Positions 26,289 to 35,613 of a stretch of DNA of 64,000 nt are shown piece by piece. The position numbers and the translations under genes were made by a program. Position 1 is the stretch's first letter; each line of letters starts with the position of its first letter. The DNA is from Endomicrobiales bacterium (lineage in GTDB: Bacteria > Elusimicrobiota > Endomicrobiia > Endomicrobiales > CAWCFT01), in NCBI GenBank assembly GCA_963794945.1, contig CAWCFT010000004.1, positions 1-64,000 on the forward strand. Direction: 5' to 3'. Under the pieces are notes generated by a model that saw nothing but the letters and a program-made list of their open reading frames with translations, was not told where the DNA came from and searched no databases.

Positions 26289-27921
26289 TCATTCGCCTCC
26301 TATTTTATCCAGTTCATTCTGAGCTTCAGAAACATTTATACCCATTGTCTTATACTTATTTATCATGCGTTTAAGTATGTCCATCTTCTCTTCCCTCTTT
26401 ATCCCGTAGCTTGCCATGTTCCTGTAATAATCAAGTGAATCCTTGAAGTATTTTTCCTGCGCTTTCTGCTCGTCTACAAGAACGGTATGTTCCTGCTGTG
26501 CCTCGGTTACGTTGAGCTGAGCGCCGTATTTCTTTATTATTTCATCCACTTTTCGCAGCCTCTGCGGTATACTGGTTTCATTTGCCGTCTTTCTGTACTG
26601 GTTGAGCTCTCTCAGGTATTGTGCCGTAGTTACCGTGGCGACAGGCGCTTTCTGAACTGTCGCGGCCTTGACGGATGTAACCGGAACAACGACCTGAACG
26701 GTCGTCTTTGGAGCAAGAACGGTTTCGGGAACTGGCTTCTTGGTTATCGCTGCCACGACAGGCACTACCGGCGCCGGTTTGGAAAGCTGAATCTTGAGGG
26801 CTTTCCTTAGCCTCGCCAGTTCCGTATTCGCTTCCTGAAGTTTATTTTCCGTTTCCATGCGGGCTTGTTTTTCTTCGTTATATTGCTTCATCAACTTCTC
26901 TGTGTTTTCCGGTTTGTGTATAACGGGCCCAAAACGGAAGATCACCGATATTCTCTGGTCGCCGAGAGTGCCCTGTATTCCGGAGATGGGATAAACCATG
27001 GCGTAATCTATCTGGAAGTTATCTATCTTGTACCCTATCCCGCAGGAAATATCCACAAGCTCCCTGCTTCCGATGTCAAGCGCTCCTCTCAGCGCTATGT
27101 TATCGCTTACCTGTTTTTCGCCGCCCGTCGCCACCTGCCAGTCCGAAGAACCGTCGAACTGCTTGAACATAAAATCTATAAGCTGCAGAGAAGTCTTGCC
27201 GGTGTGCGTTATACCAAACTTATACGTTGTCCAAAGCGGCGCAAACACATCGCTCTGAAGAGCCAGGTTAGGCTGCGACAGGTTTTCAATCATCAACCCG
27301 AGCTTATAATTGTACGATATCTTGTACTGGACCCCGAGGTCGGCGTCAATATTGCCCTTTGTGTTGCCGTAGGTCGCGAACAGGCTGTCCTGTGCGCCTG
27401 TAGCGTTACCGTTGTTGTCAAGAGCGTTCATTGTATACTGGTCTTGGCCGTAGGCGATCTTAAGGTACTTAAGGTTTACTCCAAAACTGACATCCTTCCA
27501 TCCCTTGTTAAGGAAAGAACCGTCCCTGGCGTAAGTTAACATCATGGTATCTTCGCTGTAAAGTCCTGCCAGCGCGAAACGGAGCCAGCCTATTCCTAAG
27601 GCACCTGCATTCTTCCCGAGAGGCTGCGCCACGCCCAAGAAAGAATACCCAAGGTTGGAATTATCACTGAGCCCGGCGTAAAGCCTTGAATACTGCGCGG
27701 TAAATTCGGCCTGATTGAGCCACGCTATGCCGGCCGGGTTATGGTAGATGGAACTCGCGTCGTCGCAGGCAGAAACGTAGATCCCGCCCAGTCCGGCCAG
27801 CACGGCCGCTAACCGATGTCTCTTCAAAAGCCGCGTAAAGGTTAACCGCCCACGCGCCCGAGAAAATCAAGACCGCAGCGACAGCCCCGATCCTTCTTTT
27901 CACCGCTCTTGTTAGATTCAT
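26289..27921 (-). CDS. PorV/PorQ/PorP-like outer-membrane barrel with C-terminal coiled-coil/helical extension (frameshift at ~27800)
   Basis: Signal peptide plus AAFEETSVSGRA, then GLGGIYVSACDDASSIYHNPAGI; barrel ends QRISVIFRFG; P/V/A/T-rich linker and helical tail. Confidence 0.75.
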
Positions 27922-27940
27922 AAATTCCTCCGTGCTATAT

Positions 27941-30900
27941 TTATCTTGCTACGACTATTGTTCCGTTAACGACTTTACCTTCACCGGTAAGCTGATATAT
28001 ATAAACTCCGACGGGAACTGTCACGCCGTTTTGGTCTTTGCCGTCCCAGTAAGTATATCCACCTTGAATATCTGAAGTTGCATTCGTGTCGTCAAGCTTC
28101 CTTACCAAAGCGCCCCTTAGGTCGAATATCTTTATTGAAATACTGGATGCTTTCGGATTAGAATACCTAAACAGCGCGCGGTCATTCTGCCCGTCGTTAT
28201 TGGGAGTGATGATCCTGGGCATTACGCTGTAGAAGGTGAACGCCGTGGCCCTGGAAGCTATACGCAGCTGGTACGTGCCCGCGAACATTGCCTTGGCGTT
28301 AATAACCTTGTTGACCGTGTCAACAGTGCTCGCGATCGTCAGCCATTCAACGCCGTTATAATAGAACATAGACACATCGTTTTCAATATCTGCCTCCGGC
28401 ATTGCTCTTAATGCAGGCGCCTGCATGCCGCTGCCTATTCCTGTCATATAAGAGATCGACAACCCGCTCAGGTCAGAAGATGAGCTTGACGCATCATATG
28501 ACGTGAAATTACTCAGGCCGATTTTCACAAGATTAAAGGAAGACGTGGTTTCAACGACCTTATAAGGCTCCCATTCAATTGATTTTATTATCGGGCCCTT
28601 TTCATCGCTTATATCTCTTGTAAGCGTAATTATCATATTATCCTGCACTTTGCTCGCCTTTAATGTGAGGACTGAGCCTTCAGAACAAAGTATATGCACG
28701 TACTGGTCAAGGCTGAGAATATTTGAATCGCTGTAATTTCCCGAAGCGTCTATCGCGCGGACCTTGTAGTAGTATTGTGCGTTAGGCATCGGGATAGTAT
28801 CCGTATACTGCGTCGAAATGGAATTATTGACCGCTACCAGCTGCCAGTTCCCGAATATAGCGGTTGACCTGTAAATTTCATAGCTGTAAAGCTCCCTTAT
28901 TGAAGGCGCACTTGGATTTACAAACTTCGTACGGTCCGCGTTATAGTGCACAGGTGACCAGGAGATATTCGCTGTTGAGGCTGATATCCTGGCCAGGTTC
29001 AATCCAAGAGGGGCCATAGGCGGAATATTGTCGGTCCACGGAATGTAAGTGAAGCCGCATATCTCCGAAGAACGCGAATATACGCCGTATCCCGTGTAAG
29101 CGAACAGCATGACATAGTAAGTCGTTTCAGGAACAAGCTGGTTAGCCGTTAAAGAGTATGTTGTGTTCGGCGAGGCCGTCTTGTCAACCCACGCTGTCCC
29201 GTCTGTGGCGCTTGTCGGATACCTGTCTGTACGGTAAACAACTCTTGTGCCCAAAACGTTCGATTCCGGCGGTGTCGTCCATTGCAGGTACACGTTGCAG
29301 CCAACCGTGGGGTCAGTGCTTGCGCCAACAAGCATTGTAAGAACTTGGGGCGCCGAAGGCGTGACAAGAGCGCCGGAGATGAAGGCAAAGGTCACCACAG
29401 GAGATGTAGAAATGTTGCCCGCTGAGTCATAGCTGAACATAGAATAATAATATGTGGTAAATGCTGCGAGATTATTCTGCGTATACGCCTGCGGTTGAGA
29501 ATTAGTTCCTGCAACTGTGGCAAGATAAGCCTGAGAGGAACTAACCTGTGTATAGGTGCTGAAATATATGTTGACTCCAGCGTAATCAGAGTTCCTGTAA
29601 TACGGCACCGCGGGCGGGGTTGTCCATGCCAGGTTAATGTTATATTTGGTTATTGAGCCGGAGTTATCAACCATCGCAAGCGCCGTAACGTTGTTAACAG
29701 GATCCGGAGCAATGAGGTCCTGACTTACATAAACCTGAGTGCTCGTGCCTGCCGAGTAGTATGTTTCACCTGGGTTGAAAGCATAAACCGTATAATAATA
29801 GGTCGTGCGGGGTATAAGCTGAATATGCTGGTAGAGTGCCACCTGGCCTGAAGTTTCGGGTTGAAGGTCAATAAACTGCGCGCTAGCCGGCGTTGAAGGA
29901 GTTGCAGCGGTTGAGTAGCAGATCCTAACGCCTCCGAGATTATTCTCGCCTGTTGGGTTAGTCCATTTCAAGGACACATAAGAACCTGTGCTGATGTTGG
30001 CTGAAGCGTATGATACCGCGCTGAGCCCTGTTACCGGCTGGATCAGGCTGAACGGCTGCGCGGAAGCGTATTGAGGAAGTAATGACCAGTGGGTCGGCCA
30101 CTCATTCCTGATGAACGTCTCAAAATAATAAGTCGTTGGCAGAATAAGCCCTGTGATACTTACGGCCTGATAGTCGTTGGTCTGAATATTGGAAGTCGAT
30201 ATATATAATCTGGTTGAAGAATCCCAGTTATTTGCTGAATTCGGGTTATTAACTGATCCTGTCGGCTGAACGGTTGAATACTGTACGCAGTATTGTCCGG
30301 GGTAATATATCTTGTCCGGCACCATGTTATTGGACTGGTCAAAGAACAGCGGTGTTGTCCAGCTGAGCGTAACAGCGCCTATTTGGGCGGTCGTCCTGGC
30401 ATAAAGGCTTGTAATTTTCGTAGGGGTCCAGGGCTGAGTAGCAGCGTATGTTTGAGCCTGATTTGTAATGCTCTGTAATCCTTGGTCATAAGCGGCAGTG
30501 TTGAAGTACCTGTCGCGGGCTCTTACTCCAAAATAGTAGTAAGCCGCGGGTATAAGGCCTGAAATACTTACAGTTTCGGTGTTTCCCGGTGTTGCCTGGG
30601 CAAGCCATCCCAGCATCTGTGGCGTACCGGCCTGCAAGGCTGTCAACGTGTTCGGACTGTTCCACCATGCGTCAGCATTCGCAAAGCCGCTGGCTGGAGA
30701 TGTAGCGTATTTTATAACGTAAGAGTAAACAGGGCTTCCATCGGGCGCCATAGGAGCGCTCCAGGAAAGCACTACTCCTCCCGCTTTCTCAGGCACTGAG
30801 AAATCAGGAACAGCGTTGATGGACGTTATAGCGGTAGGATTGCCCGAATAAGGAGGGCAAACCTTTACACTTATAGCGACTGTGTTAGGCGAAGCCATAA

Positions 30901-30991
30901 GCTCACGGACAGGGATCCCCTGTCCCACGATCAATAGGCTTAGTCCTAATCTTACTATGGTTAATGGTTTAAGCCATTTCCATTTTTTCAT
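27941..30991 (-). CDS. Secreted multi-FN3 protein with gliding-motility-associated (T9SS type B-like) C-terminal domain
   Basis: Repeated LSW..P / L.P.TTYYY FN3 motifs; C-terminus PRIITPNNDGQND..WDGKDQNG..GVYIYQL..NGTIVVAR. Confidence 0.85.
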   Translation of the reverse strand: MKKWKWLKPLTIVRLGLSLLIVGQGIPVRELMASPNTVAISVKVCPPYSGNPTAITSINAVPDFSVPEKAGGVVLSWSAPMAPDGSPVYSYVIKYATSPASGFANADAWWNSPNTLTALQAGTPQMLGWLAQATPGNTETVSISGLIPAAYYYFGVRARDRYFNTAAYDQGLQSITNQAQTYAATQPWTPTKITSLYARTTAQIGAVTLSWTTPLFFDQSNNMVPDKIYYPGQYCVQYSTVQPTGSVNNPNSANNWDSSTRLYISTSNIQTNDYQAVSITGLILPTTYYFETFIRNEWPTHWSLLPQYASAQPFSLIQPVTGLSAVSYASANISTGSYVSLKWTNPTGENNLGGVRICYSTAATPSTPASAQFIDLQPETSGQVALYQHIQLIPRTTYYYTVYAFNPGETYYSAGTSTQVYVSQDLIAPDPVNNVTALAMVDNSGSITKYNINLAWTTPPAVPYYRNSDYAGVNIYFSTYTQVSSSQAYLATVAGTNSQPQAYTQNNLAAFTTYYYSMFSYDSAGNISTSPVVTFAFISGALVTPSAPQVLTMLVGASTDPTVGCNVYLQWTTPPESNVLGTRVVYRTDRYPTSATDGTAWVDKTASPNTTYSLTANQLVPETTYYVMLFAYTGYGVYSRSSEICGFTYIPWTDNIPPMAPLGLNLARISASTANISWSPVHYNADRTKFVNPSAPSIRELYSYEIYRSTAIFGNWQLVAVNNSISTQYTDTIPMPNAQYYYKVRAIDASGNYSDSNILSLDQYVHILCSEGSVLTLKASKVQDNMIITLTRDISDEKGPIIKSIEWEPYKVVETTSSFNLVKIGLSNFTSYDASSSSSDLSGLSISYMTGIGSGMQAPALRAMPEADIENDVSMFYYNGVEWLTIASTVDTVNKVINAKAMFAGTYQLRIASRATAFTFYSVMPRIITPNNDGQNDRALFRYSNPKASSISIKIFDLRGALVRKLDDTNATSDIQGGYTYWDGKDQNGVTVPVGVYIYQLTGEGKVVNGTIVVAR

Positions 30992-31009
30992 CTGTTTCTC
31001 TTTTACCGG

Positions 31010-31690
31010 TCAAACTTTAACGTGTGCTTCTTTGCCGTTACCTGTTACTGTGCTGTTCTGCGCTGTAACCACCAGTGTTAGGGTCCTGGGATTCGTGTTT
31101 GTTACCGCGAGAGGCGTAAGCATCTTTATCCAGAGCGTCCTGTCGGAGGAATAGTTGCCGCCTGCTCCGTTACTGGCGCCATTTAGAGCAACTGGCACTA
31201 TCCTGGATTCTACGTTTTGATAACCTTGAGCGTTATAAGCTCCCCAGCCGAAAGCGTTGCCGGGTGCATAATATTTGGCATTCGTACTGAACGTGTCCCT
31301 GATAATATTGAAACTGTCATTACCCGCGGTAGGAGCCGTGGTTTGGAACACGCCGTATATCGCAACCTGGTTAAGCCCGGGTGTATTGGCGAGTGTCCAT
31401 CCGCTGGTGTTCAATGAAGTTGAGTCTATGTTCAATTGCCAGCTGCATATCTGTCCCAGTGAATCGTTCCTTAACGTCACTCCGGCTGGCGCGTACGCCG
31501 TTGTACCTGCCGTTACATTGCCAAGGCCGAAATATGTAGTCGCACCTGTCAGCGATACGCTAATATTCGTGACACATGTAAATTCTATTAACGCGTTCGC
31601 AGAACCCTGTGCGTAGACAGGCTTTAAAAGGCTTGAGGCTGTAATTAACAACGCCGCAAACATAACCAAATTCAGCAATTTTCTAAACAT
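31010..31690 (-). CDS. Secreted pilin-like subunit (shared LxxxLxTPLA..TxTxxAQ domain)
   Basis: GGAGG-ATG at 31690; signal peptide MFRKLL..VYA; C-terminal LWIKMLTPLAVTNTNPRTLTLVVTAQ. The ORF also has two upstream in-frame ATGs. Confidence 0.7.
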   Translation of the reverse strand: MFRKLLNLVMFAALLITASSLLKPVYAQGSANALIEFTCVTNISVSLTGATTYFGLGNVTAGTTAYAPAGVTLRNDSLGQICSWQLNIDSTSLNTSGWTLANTPGLNQVAIYGVFQTTAPTAGNDSFNIIRDTFSTNAKYYAPGNAFGWGAYNAQGYQNVESRIVPVALNGASNGAGGNYSSDRTLWIKMLTPLAVTNTNPRTLTLVVTAQNSTVTGNGKEAHVKV

Positions 31691-31901
31691 GGCGCCGCCT
31701 CCTTTTAGAATTTTTGGGCTTTTGCCCGTTTCAGTTTTCACGCGAGGATCCTTCGTTTTTTCTTCCATGACACTCTCCTTTTGGCTGCGCTCGGTTTTCG
31801 AACCGGGCCACTCTGCTATTGGGAACCTTGGTTCCCATGCCGAATCACTGCTTTTCCTAGACTTCCCGTCTTTCTCAATCAACATAACACGCTCCTCCTT
31901 T

Positions 31902-32811
31902 TTAGTTTAAATATAATCTGATGAACTTTGCCGCTTCGATGGTTCCTGACTTGATAAGGATCTTTACCGCGTAGAACAGTTTCTCGGCCTCCTTAGCCTT
32001 TAGATTCGCTTTCATCTCTACGTTCATAATGCCGTCTTTTTTTAATGTGAATTTGCTTTTCGAAATCTCAATGTCCCTTATATCGCCTTTAACATACCCA
32101 CGCGGGATAGATATGCCGTTCGGCTGGGGGTCGACCGCTTCGATGGATATCTTTACGTTCTCCATTGAAGGGTTGATGAGCTTGAGCGGCACATCCTGTG
32201 TTATCACCGCTTTTGTGTCATTCGACGAAACGAGAACCATGAACTTCTCCGGCGTAATTATTACTCCCTGCGATTCGCGCGCCTTATTACGGTTAAGCTC
32301 TTTAAGCTCTGCCGCGGTCGGAGGCTTTGGCGCTATGCTGAAAAGTATCCTTCCTTTTAACGCCAGCGCGAAAGCCATACCCGCGGCCTTCATTTTGTTT
32401 GGGCGGAACTGAGGTTACAAGAACGTAAGCCTGATATTTCTCCCCAAGGTATTTCTCGTCATTTGGAACGCTTATAGTGACATCGGCAGTAGCTGTTTCA
32501 TCCGGCAAAAGCGACACATTTTTCTTTGAGACCGTTATCCAGGAAACGTCAGGTATTGGTTCATATCCCGCCCTGAGTTCCTCATTGCTTGGCGCAACTG
32601 ATTCATATTTCAGCTCAATAGGAGCGTCTCCCGAATAACTTACCCACATAGGGTAGTTGACGGCTTCGGTCAGGTTATAAACCCCTCCTATTTTGAGGTT
32701 GTCAATGTGCACCTCAGCGAAATTCGTTGAAAGCGTAGAGCCGAACGCTTCAACACCGGCCAAAACTGACATTAAAACCAACCCGCAAAACCATCTTCTG
32801 ATCTGGGACAT
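31902..32811 (-). CDS. Secreted two-Ig-domain chaperone-like protein, paralog of 35797..36741 (frameshift at ~32395)
   Basis: AAGGAG-ATG at 32811 (MSQIRRWF, signal peptide); IDNLKIGGVYNLT, GYEPIPDVSWI and PNDEKYLGEKYQ match the paralog; ORF 31902..32393 continues the homology (FSIAP, LKLINP). Confidence 0.7.
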
Positions 32812-32985
32812 TGTGCTCTCCTTTTTGCCCGCTATAATTTGAACATTTGAATAAGGCTTTAGGGGCCAACCGAAGTAATTCCTCCCCGCAGAGGTTTTGA
32901 CTTCCTTGTTGGCCCCAATAAAAGTTTGGCGGAGCAGGGTCTGTTTCTCCCCGCAGAGGCATGACTTCCGCTCCGCCGAAAATGG

Positions 32986-33145
32986 TTTGCCAAACCCGCT
33001 CTGTGCCATAGCGAAAAAACGAGGTTTTGAGCGAAACGAAGGAATCTGAGGCGCGGTGTAGTTTAAACAAACTACATAAGCCGAGGATTCCGATGTTGAA
33101 GCCAAAACATCGTTTTTGCAGTAGGAACAGGGCGGGATTGGCAAA
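32986..33145. repeat. ~160-bp long imperfect palindrome (MITE-like) inside the hairpin array
   Basis: TTTGCCAAACCCGCTCTGT...ACAGGGCGGGATTGGCAAA ends with nested arms (AAAAACGA/TCGTTTTT, GGAATC/GATTCC, TGTAGTTT/AAACTACA). Confidence 0.75.
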
Positions 33146-33819
33146 CGAAGGACAAAAGAGGACTGTTCTCCCCGCAGAGAATAGACACCGTCTTTTGTCC
33201 CGAAAATAGTAAGGAGCCGGCCGAAGTAATTCCTCCCCGCAGAGGTTTTGACTTCCTGGCCGGCTCCAAAAGTTGTGGGCAAAACTCCAAAGTATTTCCT
33301 CCCCGCAGAGGTTTTGACTTCCGTGTTGGCCCCGTTAAATACAGTTGAAAAGTTCAATAGTTCAATGTTCAAAGTTTTAACTACCCCACCCATGGAATCC
33401 TTAAATCCTTGAACTATTAAACTTTGAACCTTTGAACCAGATGTAAAGAAGTGGCGGAGCAGGGTCTGTTTCTCCCCGCAGAGGCATGACTTCCGCTCCG
33501 CCGAAAAAGTTGGGACAAAAGAGGACTGTTCTCCCCGCAGAGAATAGACACCGTCTTTTGTCCCGAAAATAGTAAGGGGCCAACCGAAGTAATTCCTCCC
33601 CGCAGAGGTTTCGACTTCCTTGTTGGCCCCAATAAAAGTTTGGCGGAGCAGGGTCTGTTTCTCCCCGCAGAGGCATGACTTCCGCTCCGCCGAAAAAGTT
33701 GGGACAAAAGAGGACTGTTCTCCCCGCAGAGAATAGACACCGTCTTTTGTCCCGAAAATAGTAAGGAGCCGGCCGAAGTAATTCCTCCCCGCAGAGGTTT
33801 TGACTTCCTTGCCGGCTCC

Positions 33820-33855
33820 AAAAGAAAAAGCCTCGATCTGAGAAGAGATCGAAGC
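33820..33855 (-). terminator. Intrinsic terminator between the duplicated pilin-like genes and the hairpin array
   Basis: Minus strand GCTTCGATCT-cttctc-AGATCGAGGC followed by TTTTTCTTTT. Confidence 0.65.
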
Positions 33856-34145
33856 TGTATAAATATGTGTAGAAGCCTTAAGGGATAGACCCTGGGCTTT
33901 GAAATATTCTATTGCGCGGGGACGTCTTAGTGTGTCAAGAGCTTCATAAGACGATCTCGCAACGGCGCGGGAGCCGGGAAAACCCGGCAAGCCATTACGG
34001 TCGTACACGGAAGTCTACCTCTGCGGGGAGATATTTTTCCTATTCTTTTTTACTGGTCCACCCACCCTCACCGTTTTCAGGAGGTTTCACTACTAAACGA
34101 TGAGGTAAGGTTGAACAGCAAAACTGCTTTGGTTTTCAATTTATG

Positions 34146-34814
34146 CTACTTTGCAAGCACCGTCAAACCAATTGTCTGCGAAACGTTCGTCGATACAGCA
34201 AGAGGCGTATTTAATACAAGGTAAAGATAATAGCTTGTGTTCGGCATACCTTTGCCTTCAGGTGCGTAAGCAGTGCCGCCTGTTCCTGGATGGTAAAACG
34301 TGGTTGTACCCCACCAGTTGGTCGGAGGAATGGTTGGAAACACGTTATTGTCGGCTCCACCGCCGCCTGCGGCATTGGTAATTGCAGTAGCTGCTGATGG
34401 CATTGTTGTGCAAAAAGCGCCGCCGAGCGCGTACTTGTCAGCCTGGCCGGTAAGCGTCCAGCTGGTGTACTGTTGCTCAGTGTTACCGGTTTGAGTTGAA
34501 ACATAAACAGCGAAGGTCTCGACAGCTGCAAAGCTGGTGTTACTGTTGTTAAGAACGAATATCGGCGTGCTAAATAGGATACTCGTACCGGTAAGCGCGT
34601 TCAGGGTACTGAAAGCGACCGTATACTGGGGGTTAGCAACGGCGTCAGTACTGATCGAGACCAATACCTGCCTGTTGCAGTTAAACACTACGTTGAACTG
34701 CCCGTAGTTCGCCGCCTGCGCAACACTGCAAACCCCGCCTATTGATACCAGTAGCGTACCTAATGCAATTTTATTCATAATTTTCCACCACTTGCAATTC
34801 TTCATATATACCAT
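34146..34814 (-). CDS. Secreted pilin-like subunit, copy 2 (start may be 34778)
   Basis: Signal peptide ending AQA; mature sequence almost identical to 34828..35475; ends YLVLNTPLAVSTNVSQTIGLTVLAK. Confidence 0.8.
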   Translation of the reverse strand: MVYMKNCKWWKIMNKIALGTLLVSIGGVCSVAQAANYGQFNVVFNCNRQVLVSISTDAVANPQYTVAFSTLNALTGTSILFSTPIFVLNNSNTSFAAVETFAVYVSTQTGNTEQQYTSWTLTGQADKYALGGAFCTTMPSAATAITNAAGGGGADNNVFPTIPPTNWWGTTTFYHPGTGGTAYAPEGKGMPNTSYYLYLVLNTPLAVSTNVSQTIGLTVLAK

Positions 34815-34827
34815 TTATCGCTAGATA

Positions 34828-35475
34828 TTACTGTGCAAGCACCGTTAAACCAATTGTCTGCGAAGCATTCGTCGATACGGCAAGCGGCGTATTTAAGACA
34901 AGGTACAGATAATAGCTTGTGTTTGGCATACCTTTGCCTTCAGGTGCGTAAGCAACTCCACCGGTGCCTGGATGGTAATACGTGGCGGTACCCCACCAGT
35001 TGGTCGGAGGAATGGTTGGAAACACGTTATTGTCGGCTCCACCGCCGCCTGCGGCATTGGTAATTGCAGTAGCTGCTGATGGCATTGTTGTGCAAAAAGC
35101 GCCGCCGAGCGCGTACTTGTCAGCCTGGCCGGTAAGCGTCCAGCTGGTGTACTGTTGCTCAGTGTTACCGGTTTGAGTTGAAACATAAACAGCGAAGGTC
35201 TCGACAGCTGCAAAGCTGGTATTACTGTTGTTAAGAACGAATATCGGCGTGCTAAATAGGATACTCGTACCGGTAAGCGCGTTCAGGGTACTGAAAGCGA
35301 CCGTATACTGGGGGTTAGCAACGGCGTCAGTACTGATCGAGACCGATACCTGCCTGTTGCAGTTAAACACTACGTTGAACTGCCCGTAGTTCGCCGCCTG
35401 CGCAGCGCTAAAAACGCCTGCGAGCATTACAACGAACAAAAACAAAGACAAAATGCCCATCACTTTTTTAAACAT
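34828..35475 (-). CDS. Secreted pilin-like subunit, copy 1 (candidate major subunit)
   Basis: AAGGAGG RBS; signal peptide ending AQA; alternating N-terminal strand GQFNVVFNC; ends YLVLNTPLAVSTNASQTIGLTVLAQ. Confidence 0.82.
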   Translation of the reverse strand: MFKKVMGILSLFLFVVMLAGVFSAAQAANYGQFNVVFNCNRQVSVSISTDAVANPQYTVAFSTLNALTGTSILFSTPIFVLNNSNTSFAAVETFAVYVSTQTGNTEQQYTSWTLTGQADKYALGGAFCTTMPSAATAITNAAGGGGADNNVFPTIPPTNWWGTATYYHPGTGGVAYAPEGKGMPNTSYYLYLVLNTPLAVSTNASQTIGLTVLAQ

Positions 35476-35584
35476 TTGAAACCTCCTTTTTGATTTATTT
35501 ATTTTCTGATTTTTAAGATTTTACAGCCGATCACCTCCAGAGTTTGATGTTTAATTAAGAAGCTTACTTCTCGTTTCCACTAAT

Positions 35585-35613
35585 ACTATAGCACCGCTTA
35601 ACGAATTTGTCAA
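35585..35613 (-). promoter_or_regulatory. Near-consensus sigma70 promoter for the pilin-like genes
   Basis: Minus strand TTGACA-17 nt-TATAGT with extended -10 TG, ~110 nt upstream of ATG 35475. Confidence 0.75.

Larger units (their letters stand above)
32862..34040 (+). repeat. Array of 11 direct plus 1 inverted ~50-55 bp hairpin units with invariant core CTCCCCGCAGAG
   Basis: Core starts at 32882, 32947, 33168, 33233, 33299, 33472, 33531, 33596, 33661, 33720 and 33785; reverse complement at 34019-34030. Three stem families; a B-C-A trimer repeats with a 189-bp period. Confidence 0.9.

Noticed and set aside
32862..33819. CRISPR array
   Set aside because: Only 12 bp are invariant, intervening sequences recur and pair around the core instead of being unique spacers, and no cas operon is present.
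32302..34008. 568-aa ORF spanning the hairpin array as a real protein
   Set aside because: The first ~400 codons are translated repeats (the 189-bp period keeps frame) and cross a predicted terminator; RBS, signal peptide and paralog homology all begin at 32811.
32862..34040. Integron attC cassette array
   Set aside because: No RYYYAAC/GTTRRRY ends, no ORFs between units and no integrase.
34146..35475. Diversity-generating retroelement TR/VR pair
   Set aside because: Differences are not adenine-specific, are mostly synonymous, both copies are full genes, and no reverse transcriptase is in the window.
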